Assembly: GCF_006345805.1 (NCBI RefSeq)
Contig: NC_043013.1
Coordinates: forward strand, 21,452,001 to 21,516,000
Origin: Octopus sinensis
Lineage: Eukaryota
Length of the DNA stretch: 64,000 nt
Reading direction: 5' to 3'
The position numbers and the translations under genes were made by a program. Of this stretch, positions 35,925 to 49,662 are shown piece by piece. Each line of letters starts with the position of its first letter. Position 1 is the stretch's first letter. Below the pieces are notes generated by a model. The model ran no database searches. It was given only the letters and a program-made list of their open reading frames with translations, and had not been told where the DNA came from.

Positions 35925-36815
35925 GAGGAATGTGGCTGTGTGGTAAGAAGTCTGCTTTCCAACCACACGGTTCTGGATTCAGGCCTACTGTACGGCACCT
36001 TGGGCAATTGTCTTCTACAATAGCCTCAGGTCGACCAGAGCATTGTGAGTGGATTTGGTAGACGGAAACTGAGAGAAGCCTGTCATATATACATGTGTGT
36101 GTGTGCGTTTCAGTCCCACTGTGTGGCACCTTGGGCAAGTGTCTTCTACTATAGCCTCAGTTGAACCAAATCCTTGTGTGTGTATTTGGTAGACAGAAAC
36201 TGAGAGAAGCCTGTCATTTATATGCATGTGTGTGTATGCATGTCATTGTGTCTGTGTGTCCCCTACCACCACTTGACAACTCGCATTGGGGAGTTTATGA
36301 TTCCCTAACTTAGCCATTTGACAACATAGACCAATAGAATAAATACTATGCTTAAAAAATAAATCCCAGCATCGATTTGTTCAACTAAAACCCTTCAAGG
36401 CAGTGCCCCAGCATGGCCAGTGAAATGACTGAAACAAATAGAAGATAATAGTCACACACCCACATACAAGCATGCCTGAATAGTAAGAACCCCATGGTTC
36501 CAGGTTCAGTTCCACTATATGACACCTTGGGTAAGTGTCTTCCACTAAGGTCTCAGGCCAACCAGAGCCTCATGAGTGGATTTGGTTGACGGAAACTGAA
36601 AGAAGCCTGTGTGTGTATTTGTTCCCCAGCCCCACCACTTGACAACTTGTGTTGGTTTGTTTACATCCCCATAACATGGTGATTCAACAAAAGATACCAA
36701 CAGAACAACTGCCAGGCTTCAAATCAAAAATATGCTGGAGTCAATTTGTTTGACTAAACCGTTCAAGGCAAGTACCCCAGCATGGCCACAGTCCAATAAC
36801 TGAAACAAATAAAAA
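35925..36815 (+). mobile_element. Cluster of SINE family C copies and fragments
   Basis: Repeated CACCTTGGGCAA.TGTCTTC cores and tails. Confidence 0.8.
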
Positions 36816-36889
36816 ATGACAGCCATGAGGTTAATTGCCTGATCAGGGAGGAGATTTCTACTTAACATAAAACCAGAGCTATGCAATGG

Positions 36890-37110
36890 TACTTGAGTTG
36901 GCAGAAACGTTGGCACGCCGGGGAAATGCGTAGCCGTATTTCGTCCTGAGTTCAAATTCCGCCAAGGTCGACTTTGCCTTTCATCCTTTCGGTTTCGATA
37001 AATCAAGTACCATCTACGCACTGGGGTCGATGTAATCGACTTAATCCATTTGTCTGTCCTTGTTTGTCCTCTCTGTGTTTAGCCCCTTGTGGGTAGTAAA
37101 GAAATAGGTA
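36890..37110 (+). mobile_element. SINE family B, single-unit copy
   Basis: Ends GTAAAGAAATAGGT. Confidence 0.9.
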
Positions 37111-38945
37111 CTTGAGAGCATTTACAAAAGTTCATATTTATGGGAACACTGCTTGACTCAGTCTGCTTGAAAAACCACAGGTCCCACCACCTACTTCATA
37201 GTTAAGGGTAGTTAGTATAGTACTGGATTAACAGGTTTAAAATAATAGTTATTTTATCAAGAAAAAGAATCAGATTATTTTCAAGAACACAGGGGATATT
37301 CCACTTCCGGGAGATGCAGTGTTGGCATGACTTTTAGTTTAGCCTACTTTTTCTCTCCATAAACGTGACCATCCAAAACTATTTGCCACAAATCATGAGC
37401 CACTACATAGCCACATGGCTTGCTAGAAATAAATTCCCTAGGATTTTATTTACTGAACAGAAGGAAATAATTGAATTTACCTCTTAGTTGGGGAACGAAA
37501 GCAAAACTATCAGCCATTGTCAGCAATTTACGAAGGGGAGATAATTTCAAGAAATTAAGAATTAATCTTTAAAAATATTTTTCTCACACACAAGAGAAAA
37601 TTTTATCTTTGTTGGCGGTGACAGTGGCTGCAATTGACATGCTTCAGTGCTAGAAATAGCAGCACAATCTCCCTCAAACTACACCCTATTGTCACCAAAA
37701 AAAAGACACATACGAGACAGTAAGTAAAAAGACAGAAGTGTCATGGCTGGAATGCCTTTGGTCATAAGTCTGTGCAATCAGGGCTCACCGGAGTCTAAAC
37801 AACAATAAGTCTACTTATCTCCCTTAGTTATCAATATTTCTTTAAAAACAGAAAAAAAATCCTGTCACTATCTCTTGCTACCTCCAGCCTCACTGCTTTT
37901 CCTCTTCAATTATGTTGTCTTCACTACCTTGCCCCCTACCCCTCATCCTCCTTACCAACAACTATGGTCACTGTCTTTGTCCCTATAAGTACGGTCACTA
38001 TCATATTCTGTCTCCACTGCACTCATGATAGGTGACCTAACTTTTGCTACGATGGCCACTGCTTTGCCTCTACCACCAACTGTAGCTATGGTCATGGACT
38101 ACCCCTCTACAAGTATAGTACTTTCAAATTTTCATCCTTTCGGGGTCGATTAAATAAGTACCAGTTACGTACTGGGGTCAATATAATCGACTTAATCCGT
38201 TTGTCTGTCCTTGTTTGTCCCCTCTGTGTTTAGCCCCTTGTGGGTAGTAAAGAAATAAGTACTTTCAAATTTTGGCCCAAAGCTGGCAATTTGGAGGCAA
38301 GGGTTTAGTCAATTAAATAAACCCAGTGCTCAAAAGGTACTTTATTTTATCAACACCAAAAGATTGACAAAGCTGACTTAGGTGGGATTCAAACTTAGAA
38401 TGTAATGCATCGGATGAAGTGCCATTAGTCATGTCTGATGCACTAATACTACTCATTCATAAAATAACAATACTGAAACAGGAAGAAGATGTGGTCCACC
38501 TCTTATCTTCTAGGTTGACAGCACCTCCAGATAACAACCAACTCCAAGCCAGCCAGCATGGAAAGGTAAAATGTCCTGATATCAAATACTAGACAGACTT
38601 TTGACTATAAGTTGCCATTTTTCTGGTAAGGGGAACATGATAATAATGTTTTCACAAGGCCAGCAATTTCGAAGGAATGGGTAAGTCAATTACATTACCC
38701 GCTAGTGCTCAACTGGTACTTATTTTATCAACCTGCCCTCCCTCTAAAGAATGAAAGGTAAACTTGAACCCAGCAGAATTTGAAAACATAAAGATGGGCA
38801 AAATGTCGCTATGCATCTTGCCTGGTGTATTAACAATACTGCCAGCTCACTGCCTCAGCAAATAACAATAATGATGATTACATTCATATATTACAATAAC
38901 TCTTTTGCTAAGTTTCTAATGAATTACATCAATCAAACCATTTAA

Positions 38946-39164
38946 CCCTTTCGTTACTATATTTATTTTGAGATGCACTGCGTTTCTTTCAATTACTTTA
39001 AATATAACAAAGAATTTAGTAAAATAACTTGGTTATCATTCAGCTAGTGTTAGGAACATAAATTGTGACTAAGGTTTGGTGGAAGATTTTAATTCAAAAC
39101 TTAGGAAACAAGACATTTGTACTCAGAGCCAGGGATGGTTTCAGCCAGGTTGGTAACGAAAGGG
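38946..39164. mobile_element. piggyBac-type MITE (219 bp)
   Basis: TTAA|CCCTTTCGTTAC ... GTAACGAAAGGG|TTAA: perfect 12-bp TIRs and a TTAA TSD. Confidence 0.9.
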
Positions 39165-39775
39165 TTAATGAGCAAAAAACATTATGGTAATTAACAAATA
39201 TGTCCATGTCGTTATTAGAGTAATTGGATTGATCCACAATCACCTCTGTAAAGACACAAACAGATTACCAATAAAAACATAACTTTTCTTGTTGTCTACA
39301 GGGAGGGTCATTGTGCCAATATTAACACACACACACAGGTTCAGTTCCACTCCTTCAATCATTTCTTTAACTTGTTAGTTAAACAGTCATATAACTAATT
39401 GACTAACAATATAGGAGTAGAATTGAACCTATGCAGCATGTGTTATTAATAGTGGCGTAATGATTCTCCCTCGACACAACAAAATTTGTTTCAACACACC
39501 AATTCACATCAAGAATCTTGCAAACCAAATACTAAAACGAAATAGGCATAACCTTTATCAAAATATTGGGTCAGTAAATGTTGCCAGAGCAATCTCAAAC
39601 AGCACTTATTAACCTTGTATATTTGTATTTTTCATGTAGCTATTTATTTTTAATTAAAACAAATTATAAATGCACTGGCCTGGATTTGAACTGATAATTC
39701 AAATACTCCCAGTCGAGCATTAAAAACCATTCAGCAACCACATATCATATTTAACAGTTGTCACTGCATACTTAC

Positions 39776-39964
39776 AAGTAGAATCTCACCCATTCCAAAC
39801 GTATGGGGTTTCGAGTCTTTGGCTTTACCGTCTTTGTACAGAAACAATGCAACGCCTGTAACAATGAGTAAAACACACAGGTATTTAGCAGCTGGATACC
39901 GCTTTCTGGCCAGCAGCACACCAAGAATCATAACTGGAATTGGTTTCACAGACTTCCCAAGGAC
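39776..39964 (-). CDS. SLC35B1: SLC35B1 exon 4
   Basis: AG|[44 protein letters not shown]...GMGEILL|GTAAG; 189 nt; carries the K-S-x-K-P-I-P-V-M signature. Confidence 0.97.
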
Positions 39965-40319
39965 CTGGCAAAACAAAAAAAATCGAAATCTTCAAAATAT
40001 AATAAATTTAAAATGTAATTGTTCTGATACCTAATCAACCTGAGACCATCACTTTTGCTTAACATCCACTTCTCCATGCTGATATGAGTTGGATGGAACG
40101 TTTTTTTTTTTTCCTTTTTTGATAGCATTAGACAGCTGGATGCCATCCGTCTCTTCCATTATGCCTATTCTAAAAACATCAGACATATAAACTCTACTGT
40201 CTTAAACCCTTTAGTGTTTAAACCGGCCATATCTGGACCAGATATTCTACGCTTTATATTCAAACTGGCTGGCCTGCTCGCTTAGTTGTGGTGCACCTGA
40301 GCACTGTATACAATAATTT

Positions 40320-40475
40320 CACGGAGTGGTTGGTGTTAGGAAGGGCATCCAGCTGTAGAAACATTGCCAGATAAGACTGGAGCCTGGTGCAGCCTTCTGG
40401 CTTCCCAGATCCCTGGTCGAACCGTCCAACCCATGCTAGCATGGAGAACGGATGTTAAACGATGATGATGATGAT
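40320..40475 (+). mobile_element. RTE 3' tail
   Basis: Consensus tail with (GAT)n. Confidence 0.85.
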
Positions 40476-40660
40476 GTCAAGACAAAAAAATAAATACTGG
40501 ACTTTATTTGCTCAACCAAACCCTTCAAAGCAGTGCTCCAGCATGGCTACAGTCCAATGACTGAAATAAGTAAAAGATACACACACACATTACTCTTTAT
40601 CTGAATATGATATATATATACTTAGATATGGAGTGGGGAAAGGGATAAAACATTGCTTAC

Positions 40661-40788
40661 CTGTGTTGGATAATTGACGTGTTGTAAAGAATGGTTACTT
40701 GCTAACATTGCCAAGAGATAAGTGAGAGAGCAGAGAGCATACAAAATCTTTGGTGTGGAGTCTTTTGGAGAATGGAACACTGACATAG
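40661..40788 (-). CDS. SLC35B1: SLC35B1 exon 3
   Basis: AG|(S)MSVFHSPKDSTPKILYALCSLTYLLAMLASNHSLQHVNYPTQ|GTAAG; 128 nt. Confidence 0.95.
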
Positions 40789-40944
40789 CTGCAAGGGAAA
40801 AGAGAGAGATGACACAATAGAAATTATTGAGCTTTCCTTCAGCCCTTCAAACTGCAACAGAGAAAGAGCGTATATCAGTTTTAATTAATTTTCTAAGGAT
40901 TTAGACCTTAAAAATGATTTTTGAAAGTCATTGAAATTGAACCA

Positions 40945-41222
40945 AATCCTATGACTGGCACCCGGCCGTTGCCAGTGCCGCTGGACTGACTCCTGTGCAG
41001 GTGGCAAGTGAAGAAACACTGTTTTGACCCTGTGTTTGAGGAGACCTATTGAGTCAAGTACATCAACATCAAAAATCAATGGAAATTGTAGTTGTGATCT
41101 CTGTGCTGGTGGCATGTAAAAAGCACCATCCAAACATGGCCAATGCCAGCACCGCCTTGATTGGCTTCCGTGCCGGTGGCACGTAAAAAGCACCAACCGA
41201 TCGTGGCCATTGGCAGCCTCCC
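40945..41222 (+). mobile_element. RTE 3'UTR hairpin modules
   Basis: Closely similar to ~33680-33905. Confidence 0.8.
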
Positions 41223-41285
41223 CTAATAACTGAAATCTGAAATGCATGTCAACATAAAATTGATTTAATAAGTAACTATACTTAC

Positions 41286-41389
41286 ACAACTTGGAAGCAG
41301 CCATATTGATGATGCACTGGATAAAAACCAAAGCTAAAGTATAGGTAAACTTCTCTTGGTTCTCACCTTCTCCATATTTACCCTTTGTT
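41286..41389 (-). CDS. SLC35B1: SLC35B1 exon 2
   Basis: AG|(I)TKGKYGEGENQEKFTYTLALVFIQCIINMAASKL|GTAAG; 104 nt. Confidence 0.95.
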
Positions 41390-41727
41390 CTATAAAAATT
41401 GGGCCGAAATAAAGACAGAAACGTTATAAAAGTGTGTAAACATGTATAATTTTACACAGAAAACCACTGCAACTTTCGGGAACTTTCTCCTCATCTCATT
41501 CTCCTATCAAACTGTGGGGAAAAAACCACTAAACTTTATACATTAAAATATATTTGGTCTTGATTCGGAGTTAAAACTAGAATTTAGAGAAGTAGCACAT
41601 TTACAAGTTTGTGCAAAATTAATGATGATCATAATAATGGTGAAACTAAGGAATTTCATTAAAAACAGGATATTTAGCTTTGTTACAGTTGAGTTTTGTA
41701 ACAAATATAATCAAAATATATACTCTT

Positions 41728-42120
41728 TACTCTACTCTTTTACTTGTTTCAGTCATTTGACTGCGGCCATGCTGGAGCACCGCCTTTAGTCGAGCAAATC
41801 AACCCCGGGACTTATTCTTTGTAAGCCCAATACTTATTCTATCGGTCTCTTTTGCCGAACCGCTAAGTGACGGGGACGTAAACACACCAGCATCGGTTGT
41901 CAAGCAATGCTAGGGGGACAAACAGACACACACACATATATATATATACATATATACGACAGGCTTCTTTCAGTTTCCGTCTACCAAATCCACTCACAAG
42001 GCATTGGTCGGCCCGGGGCTATAGCAGAAGACACTTGCCCAAGATACCATGCAGTGGGACTGAACCCGGAACCATGTGGTTGGTAAGCAAGCTACTTACC
42101 ACACAGTCACTCCTGCGCCT
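41728..42120 (-). mobile_element. SINE family C, full length
   Basis: Head GGCGCAGGAGTG through the (AAAGAGT)n tail. Confidence 0.9.
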
Positions 42121-42369
42121 CCTACTGATATTTTCTTTGAAAAACATGTTATTGTTCCAAGGTTTTAAAAAGATACTGGATTGGAGAGGAGACAAGTTAG
42201 AACCAGAAAGAGACGGGTGGAAAGAGTTAAACAGAAAATAAGAAACAAAATTTTTGTCAAGGATAGAAAGTTTATTACAGGCCATTCCTGGAAGACTGGA
42301 GAATTAAGTAAACCTGAGACAGGTAAGCTTAGTTCAAACAATAAAGAATGGTCATACACAGAGACTGAT

Positions 42370-42615
42370 AGAAACAAACTGCCGGCATCAGTTGTTAGTT
42401 GTCGGAGCACTGCATCCTTCAAAACTTCCATGCTTCCTGAGATTCCCCAACACTACACCTGATTTTCTCCCCTCTATACACACACACAGGCATGTATCTG
42501 ACTCATACATTGTTCACTTTCCAGACATTTTTACATTACTGCATGTACTTTATATGCACTTTCTGACAAGTTGTGGTGCACCTGAGCACTGTATACAATA
42601 ATTTCATTATTATAA
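42370..42615 (+). mobile_element. CR1-like LINE 3' end
   Basis: RNKLPASVVSCRSTASFKTSMLPEI..HYT* followed by a 3'UTR ending in (catt/att)n; the same tail occurs at ~40277-40320. Confidence 0.7.
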
Positions 42616-43725
42616 TAACACAGTAGGTGTGAATACACGAACCAAGAACTCGCAGGCCGATACCGGCGATTCTTTACATTATGATGGTAAATTCAAATAA
42701 AATATATAATGTACAACAGAAGTTTAAAACCAGGATGTCTTGCTTCGGTTCATAAAGTATTGGATAACACATTACCATCGCTAATTATATATTCTATACT
42801 ATAACATGATTAGACTTAATTTTCGAATCATCGTTTATTTAGAAAATTGAATGATGTTTTTGTTTGTATTGTGTAAGGGCTCTCTTGTACAATACGGTCC
42901 CGCCGACTATCATTATTTTCAATAATTCTGTTTGATCAGTCATTGTTTACCTCTTATAACTTTTGTTTAGCACAAATTACTTGAGAATTGAGACACCAGG
43001 ATCTCAAACCGATCTTATTAACGTGTCTTGTATGTTTGAGATATTTCAAAATAAACTCAACCAAGCAAAGTGAAGAACATAGATACTAAACGTCGTTTTG
43101 TATCTAAAGAATCATAGGTTTTAATGTTTTGAGTTTACAGCCGTAATAAACGCTGTTAGTACAACACTTCACAGAATAAGGTAGGCGACAAAGTTCATAA
43201 TACTCCGGCAAAATTCTGGTTTAAACACCCCATATAACTTTTTATCTTCTGATATTTTCAGAAAATTTTTGCGAATTTGTTCTGCACACGGGAATTCACA
43301 CGATTAAGCAAAAGCAATTTTGCGTGTGATTTAAAGGCGATTTAGCTGTTGTATTTAGCACATCTGACAACCAGCTGGTAGCTTCCTCGTTTCTTAGTCA
43401 CTTGGGTATGTATTTATGCTTTCTTCAGAATTCCGCGAATATTCTTTGCTACCGTCACAAATAGAACAGGTATAAAGATAGAAGTAACGAAATAATTTAG
43501 CAGGAAAAAAAGTTTATATGTGAGAAAGTTGAAATTATTCCTTACCACCGCCACAAATACAATATATTTAACAGATAAAAATAACACAAAACGATTTCGC
43601 AGTAATAAAAAAAGTTTATGTGTCTCTAAAAGGTATTTTCTCATCGCCAAACAGAAAGTTCTTTAAAAGTGACGCTTGTTTGTTTATTGTTGATTTATAA
43701 CAAAGAAGGCATCTGTCATACTTAC

Positions 43726-43904
43726 ATCTTCTCCTGTAAAATACCGTAGAAGAAATAACACACCAAGATGCCCAGGCTGCAAATAAACAGCATCCGTCTA
43801 TTCTCTGTCGCCATATCGTTCCTTTCTACGATCAGAGCAACCTGTGGAGATGAGGCCGAAGAATCTTTGAAATCCAATTTCGCTTCGCTCTGTGATTGTG
43901 ACAT
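43726..43904 (-). CDS. SLC35B1: SLC35B1 exon 1 (coding part)
   Basis: MSQSQSEAKLDFKD...MLFICSLGILVCYFFYGILQEK(I)|GTAAGT; 179 nt. The seven exons total 1035 nt = 344 aa + stop. Start codon choice is uncertain (downstream in-frame ATGs exist). Confidence 0.9.
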
Positions 43905-43914
43905 GTGCCCGGTA

Positions 43915-44021
43915 TAGCTACGTGTACTTCCGCTTAACAGTAACGCTACGTCAACTTCCGGTTCTGCATGCGACCGGGTTCCAGACCGAACACGTCGCAC
44001 TTGTTCGCTCCAGAACTGTGT
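43915..44021. promoter_or_regulatory. CpG-rich putative (possibly bidirectional) promoter of SLC35B1
   Basis: Local CpG enrichment and an ETS-type ACTTCCGG (~43955) just upstream of the ATG. Confidence 0.5.
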
Positions 44022-44093
44022 AGGTGTGTCTATGTGCGTGCGTCTATATATCTCTCTCTCTCTTTCCCTCTATATATATGTATGTGTATATAT

Positions 44094-44130
<37 letters not shown>

Positions 44131-45023
44131 GAGTTAGAGATAAAACCACTATTATGCAACTCAAACAGTGATAGACATAAACCAATACATAAATAACAAA
44201 TAATGTATATATATTTATATATATATTTAATATATATAACTAGATCTCAAAAAGTATAAAATGAATGATAAATAAATAATATAATAAGTAATAATATGAC
44301 AACAAAAGAATGAATGAGACCTCGATATTATGTAAAATAGAGGAATTTATCTATAGATATATGTGACAACTTGTTGGTTATCATAATAATATATACATGT
44401 ATATGTGTGTGTGTATAAAATCTACACTGTGATTGTTTATCTGTTTCTTTAGTTTCCAATAAATTCCATCAAAAATCCTATTACAATATACACCATAACG
44501 GTTCCGTTGGTTATTTGGCCAAATTCAACGTCTATTTTGTGCCATTTTCATTGCTCTTTTATCAAAATATATTTGTTTTACATCGCCTCTATTTATATGG
44601 TACTAACAGTCTCACTGTTGTTTAGAAATGCTTCTTTACACCTCGAAATATCTGTGCTTTGCTTGGTTCTGCTCTCTCTCTCTTTTTCTTTCTTCTCTCT
44701 TTCACTCTATATATCTATCTATCTATCTATCTATCTATGTACCAATCTGTTCCGAATATCCTCCCTTTAATAAAAAAAATTTCCCAGACTTTTCCCCCCT
44801 ACTCTGCCTCATTCTCTTACTCTCTCACTTTCTCTCTCCTATTCTTTCCCACCCATTTACATACGATAATAAACCTCAGGAATTCGGTTTTCTAGTTCAC
44901 AGAAAGCCTACATTAATAATAGGTCTCTACCCTGCTGCAATAATTATTTAACAAGTGACTGTAAGGGGTGTTCAGATACGTCACGGATTTTTAAAAGTAT
45001 GATTTAAGGCAGTGCTGTCAAAC

Positions 45024-45054
45024 ATGGCTAGCAATGCTTTGTCCGTACAATATC
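45024..45054 (+). CDS. Candidate small gene, coding exon 1 (MASNALSVQY-)
   Basis: aaacATGG start context and GTATGG donor. Confidence 0.35.
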
Positions 45055-45104
45055 GTATGGTAGACAGGCATACTTCGATTTATTTTGTTTTGGGGTACGT
45101 CTTA

Positions 45105-45321
45105 CTCTCTCTCTCTTTTACTCTTTTAGTTGTTTCAGTCATTTGACTGCGGCCATGCTGGAGCACCGCCTTTAGTCGAGTAACTCGACCCGGGACTTAT
45201 TCTTTGTAAGACCAGTACTTATTCTATCAGTCTCTTTTTGCCGAACCGCTAAGTGACGGGGACGTAAACACAGCAGCATCGGTTGTCAAGCAATGCTAGG
45301 GAGACAGACACACAAACACAT

Positions 45322-45376
<55 letters not shown>

Positions 45377-45532
45377 TACGACAGGATTCTTTCAGTTTCC
45401 GTCTACCAAATACACTCACAAGGCATTGGTCGGTCCGGGGCTATAGCAGAAGACACTTGCCCAAGATGCCACGCAGTGGGACCTGAACCCGGAACCATGT
45501 GGTTGGTTAGCAAGCTACTTACCACACAGCCA
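45105..45532 (-). mobile_element. SINE family C, full length
   Basis: Matches 41728-42120. Confidence 0.9.
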
Positions 45533-46158
45533 CTTGCTTTTCTTTTTCTTTTTTTTTTTTCTCTTAGATTTTTATGAGAAATAGTAAGCCTCAACCAAAG
45601 TCAATTTATCCGACTTTACGTTGGTCATAGCAAACACTCTTAAAAGCATAAGCACTGAAAAAAAACATCTAAAATGAAATACTGCAGAGGAAAATTCATG
45701 TGAAATACATGTGGAAATATGTACAAACCGTTTACTAAAACATGTTTTATCTTTTCCTTGTTTCAGTCGTGTGACCGCGATCATGCTGGGGGGGGGGGGG
45801 GCACGGCCTTGAAGAATTTTTAATCGGATGAATCGATCCAATGCTTTTTCGCTTTTTTTTTTGCTTTTTTTTTAGCCTGGTACTTATTCTATCGATTCCT
45901 TTTGTCGAACCGCTAAGTTATGGGGACATAAACACACCAACACCGGTCTGTACCCCCCCCCCCACCACAGTTGGGGAATAAACACATACACAGATATATA
46001 TATATATATATATATATATTAACAGAAACCGTTTTCTCCCACCCCTAACCTAACAAAAACCCTAACCCTACCCCCCACCCATATATAAAAAAAAACACTT
46101 TTTTGAAATGCATCCGGTACATATACCGAAGGTTCGCCATATATATATATATATATAT

Positions 46159-46247
<89 letters not shown>

Positions 46248-46279
46248 TGAAAAAATTGCAAATTGTAGGCAGCAAAAAA

Positions 46280-47715
46280 CATTAAAAGATCTTGCATCTT
46301 TAATACTCAAACATAGAAAAGGCCTCACAGAAAAAGAAAAAAGACTACATCACAAACTTCAAATGTAAACCAAGCCTTTTCTATGACCTCCCCCAAATCC
46401 ACAAGAATCAAATAATTACTAATGCCGGCAAATCAAATCCAGCTCTATACATAAATATCCCAACACCAGAAGACTTAAAATTAAGGCCGATTATAGAGGG
46501 CCCAGCCTGTGAAACACACCGCCTAAGCCACTTTCTGGACATACTATTGAAACTTTTCCTCAGATACATTAAAAGTTTTATTTGAGACAATCTGAACATG
46601 TTAGAGCATCTACCAAAAACCACCAATGAAGAAGCTCTATTAGTTTCCTTCGATGTCATCAACCTCTACACTAACATTTCACATGACTACGGAATAGAGG
46701 CAATAAAATTCTGGCTAGAAAAATACCCGCCGAACCGCATAAACCAGACTTTTGTCATTGAATCCCTGCAGTTCATCCTACAAAACAATTACTTCCTATT
46801 CGATGCAACATACTACCGCCAAAATGGAAGCACTCCGTCGGTTCCGACGACGAGGGTTCCGGTTGATCCGATCAACGGAACAGCCTGCTCGTGAAATTAA
46901 CGTGTAAGTGGCTGAGCACTCCACAGACACGTATACCCTTAACGTAGTTCTCGGGGATATTCAGCGTGACACAGAGAGTGACAAGGCCGGCCCTTTGAAA
47001 TACAGGTACAACAGAAACAGGAAGTAAGAGTGAGAGAAAGTTGTGGTGAAAGAGTACAGCAGGGATCACCACCATCCCCTGCCGGAGCCTCGTGGAGCTT
47101 TAGGTGTTTTCGCTCAATAAACACTCACAACGCCCGGTCTGGGAATCGAAACCGCGATCCTACGACCGCGAGTCCGCTGCTCTAACCACTTGGCCATTGC
47201 GCCTCCACTACCGCCGAAAATACGGTATTGCGATGGGAACGAATGTAGCGCCTGCCTTTGCGAACCTAATAATGGGTTTCTTTGAATCTACCCTATATGA
47301 TCTCCAAAAATTTGGACCCCCATTCCACCAGTGTATAAGAGAAAACTAGAAAAGGTACATAGACGATTGTTTTATCATGTGGAATGAAACCTATGATAAA
47401 CTCCTGGATTTCAAATCCACACTGAACAATATAAACTCCGATATTCAATTTGCAATGGAATATAGCAAGAGACAGCTCCCATTTCACTCCCATGCATATC
47501 AACCCACAACCCCAGAAACAATGAAGCATACAACACAATTATACAAAATCTCCCTCCGCCCACCCAGGACCCGAAAATGAACAACATCCTAAAAACACAC
47601 AAACTCCTCAAATGTAAAAGACGACACAAATCAATCAAGAGACTCCTAACAAATGCGAAACTATTCTCAATACATAATACGATAGCAACAGTTAAAAAAT
47701 GCAGACGACCTAATT
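46280..47715 (+). mobile_element. Penelope-like element RT fragment, disrupted and internally deleted
   Basis: LKLRPIIEGPACETHRLS, LLVSFDVINLYTNI, GIAMGTNVAPAFANL, KRYIDD and a terminal CRRPNC. Confidence 0.9.
46825..47206 (-). mobile_element. SINE family A inserted into the PLE RT region
   Basis: TSD ACTACCGCC(G)AAAA at 46812-46824 and 47207-47220. Confidence 0.95.
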
Positions 47716-48169
47716 GTCCGTAGTTGTTTTTTATGTTTTTATTTTCGTGTTCCGTCGTTTTTTTTTTATCGAAGTCGTATGTTTTGGAACTAAATACCGG
47801 CGTATGTTGAGGTATACTTGTATGTCCATGGATGGACGGAAGTTACCATGTAAACAGCCATAAGGAAGAGGACATGCTTCGATGAAGCACATTTCTCATT
47901 TTGAAGTGCTTTACATATTCAATAAGGCGTTAAAAACAGCAATGCATTATGGCCAATACAAGAATTGGAAACTGTAGTTTTCATTGGTAAGGTGTTCATT
48001 GGTAAGGTATTAGAAGACAATGATGGGAAGTAAATAGAGGAGTATAAAGGAGGAGATCGGGTATAAAGTGAATTTATTGAAGGTAGTTGTGTTACCAACC
48101 TGTATTGCAAATACTCTATGCCAGACCTTGTGACAAAGGCCCAACGAACAAAATGCTCCTAGGTCATTG

Positions 48170-48835
48170 TACAAAATGCTCCGAAGTCTATAAAGCTGCC
48201 ATTCTTACTACTCTCGGAATCGTGGAGACCCTACAGGTAGCACATTAATCAACTAGATGTCTTCCACAAGGCTGTCTCAGGACAACATTGTGGTTATTCA
48301 CTAAAATACAGAGTGTCTAATGTCGACTTGTTTAGCAAGTGCAAGAAATTGCAAGATAAGTGGAATCGAAAGCTTCTTTATGTAATCGCAATTGTGTTGG
48401 AACTATGTATTCAGAATGAGTGACGAAATAAAACCCAAAGTTCTCATGTACAACCAGTTTGATGGTGGGCACAGGAATGTTGGCCGACCATGGCTCAGAT
48501 ATAAGGAAAAGCTGAAGGGTAACCTCTCAGCGGTCAATAAAGGTCACAACATTTTTGAGTAAGCAGCGTTGGAGCGAACAAAATGGAGATCGCCGTGTCA
48601 AATGGTATAAGAGGCTTTGTTTCAATCAGCATTAGCAGACTAAGTGGGTGTAAGACTACAAATATACCGCATGCACTCACCTGGAATCTCCATTCTTGCA
48701 ACATCTGAAGGTTTCTTTGCAAGTCGTTGGCGAGACGCAGGTGTCCCATTCGACATAAGCATTGTGATTGTCAAAGAGAGTGTAAGTTGTCGGATCCCCA
48801 TGCGTCGAAAACGAGGGAGAGTTCGTACGTACATA
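48170..48835 (+). mobile_element. RTE-BovB-like LINE 3' fragment, decayed
   Basis: VYKAAILTTL.., PKVLMYNQFDGGHRNVGRPWLRYKEKLKGNL and a terminal CNI..LCKSLA Zn-finger-like segment, followed by a (TACA)n tail. Confidence 0.75.
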
Positions 48836-49029
48836 CATACATACATACATACATAAAGATATGTTAAAGAATTTTCTTCCTCTTCTTCTCCTTCTTATTG
48901 GATCATTTACTCTTCGTCTAGCCCATTTTATAGTATAATCGTCGTGAAACTTGGATTTTCTACACCTGAAGATTTCCAGCTTTGGCCGGAAACCCGACTA
49001 TGTTGATAGTCCAGTATTCAGAAATTCCC

Positions 49030-49390
<361 letters not shown>

Positions 49391-49662
49391 CAACGGGACG
49401 AAAGCGTTAAGTAGTGGCGTGTATAAATACAAACTTCTTACTAGTTCGAATACGCTTCAGACATATTCGAACCCGAAAGAAAACCATTCATTGTATTTTG
49501 CTACGGAGAAAAATTCTCGCCGTAGACAGAATAGGAGTAAATACACCGAGTCAGCTCGCGGCATTCCCCTAACCAGACTGATGAATACATGCATTTCGGA
49601 ACGGTTATCGCCTATTCAGCACCAGAAACCAGTAAAGTTTCTGCCAACTAACAAGAGAGATA

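Noticed and set aside
45568-45583. 16-nt micro-exon (HFYEKY) as alternative exon 2 of the candidate small gene
   Set aside because: Its pyrimidine tract abuts a SINE end and the segment is too short to judge; noted only as a possible alternative.
47135-47206. tRNA gene (also 4815-4886, 10033-10090, 59476-59530)
   Set aside because: A/B boxes are present, but there is no closed acceptor stem and each continues into a SINE body.
48960-49005. Hammerhead at CTGAAGA 48966
   Set aside because: GAAAC is present, but stems I and III do not pair.
49570-49615. Hammerhead at CTGATGA 49578
   Set aside because: GAAA is mutated to GGAA, there is no intact NUH, and stem I is poor; at most a decayed remnant.
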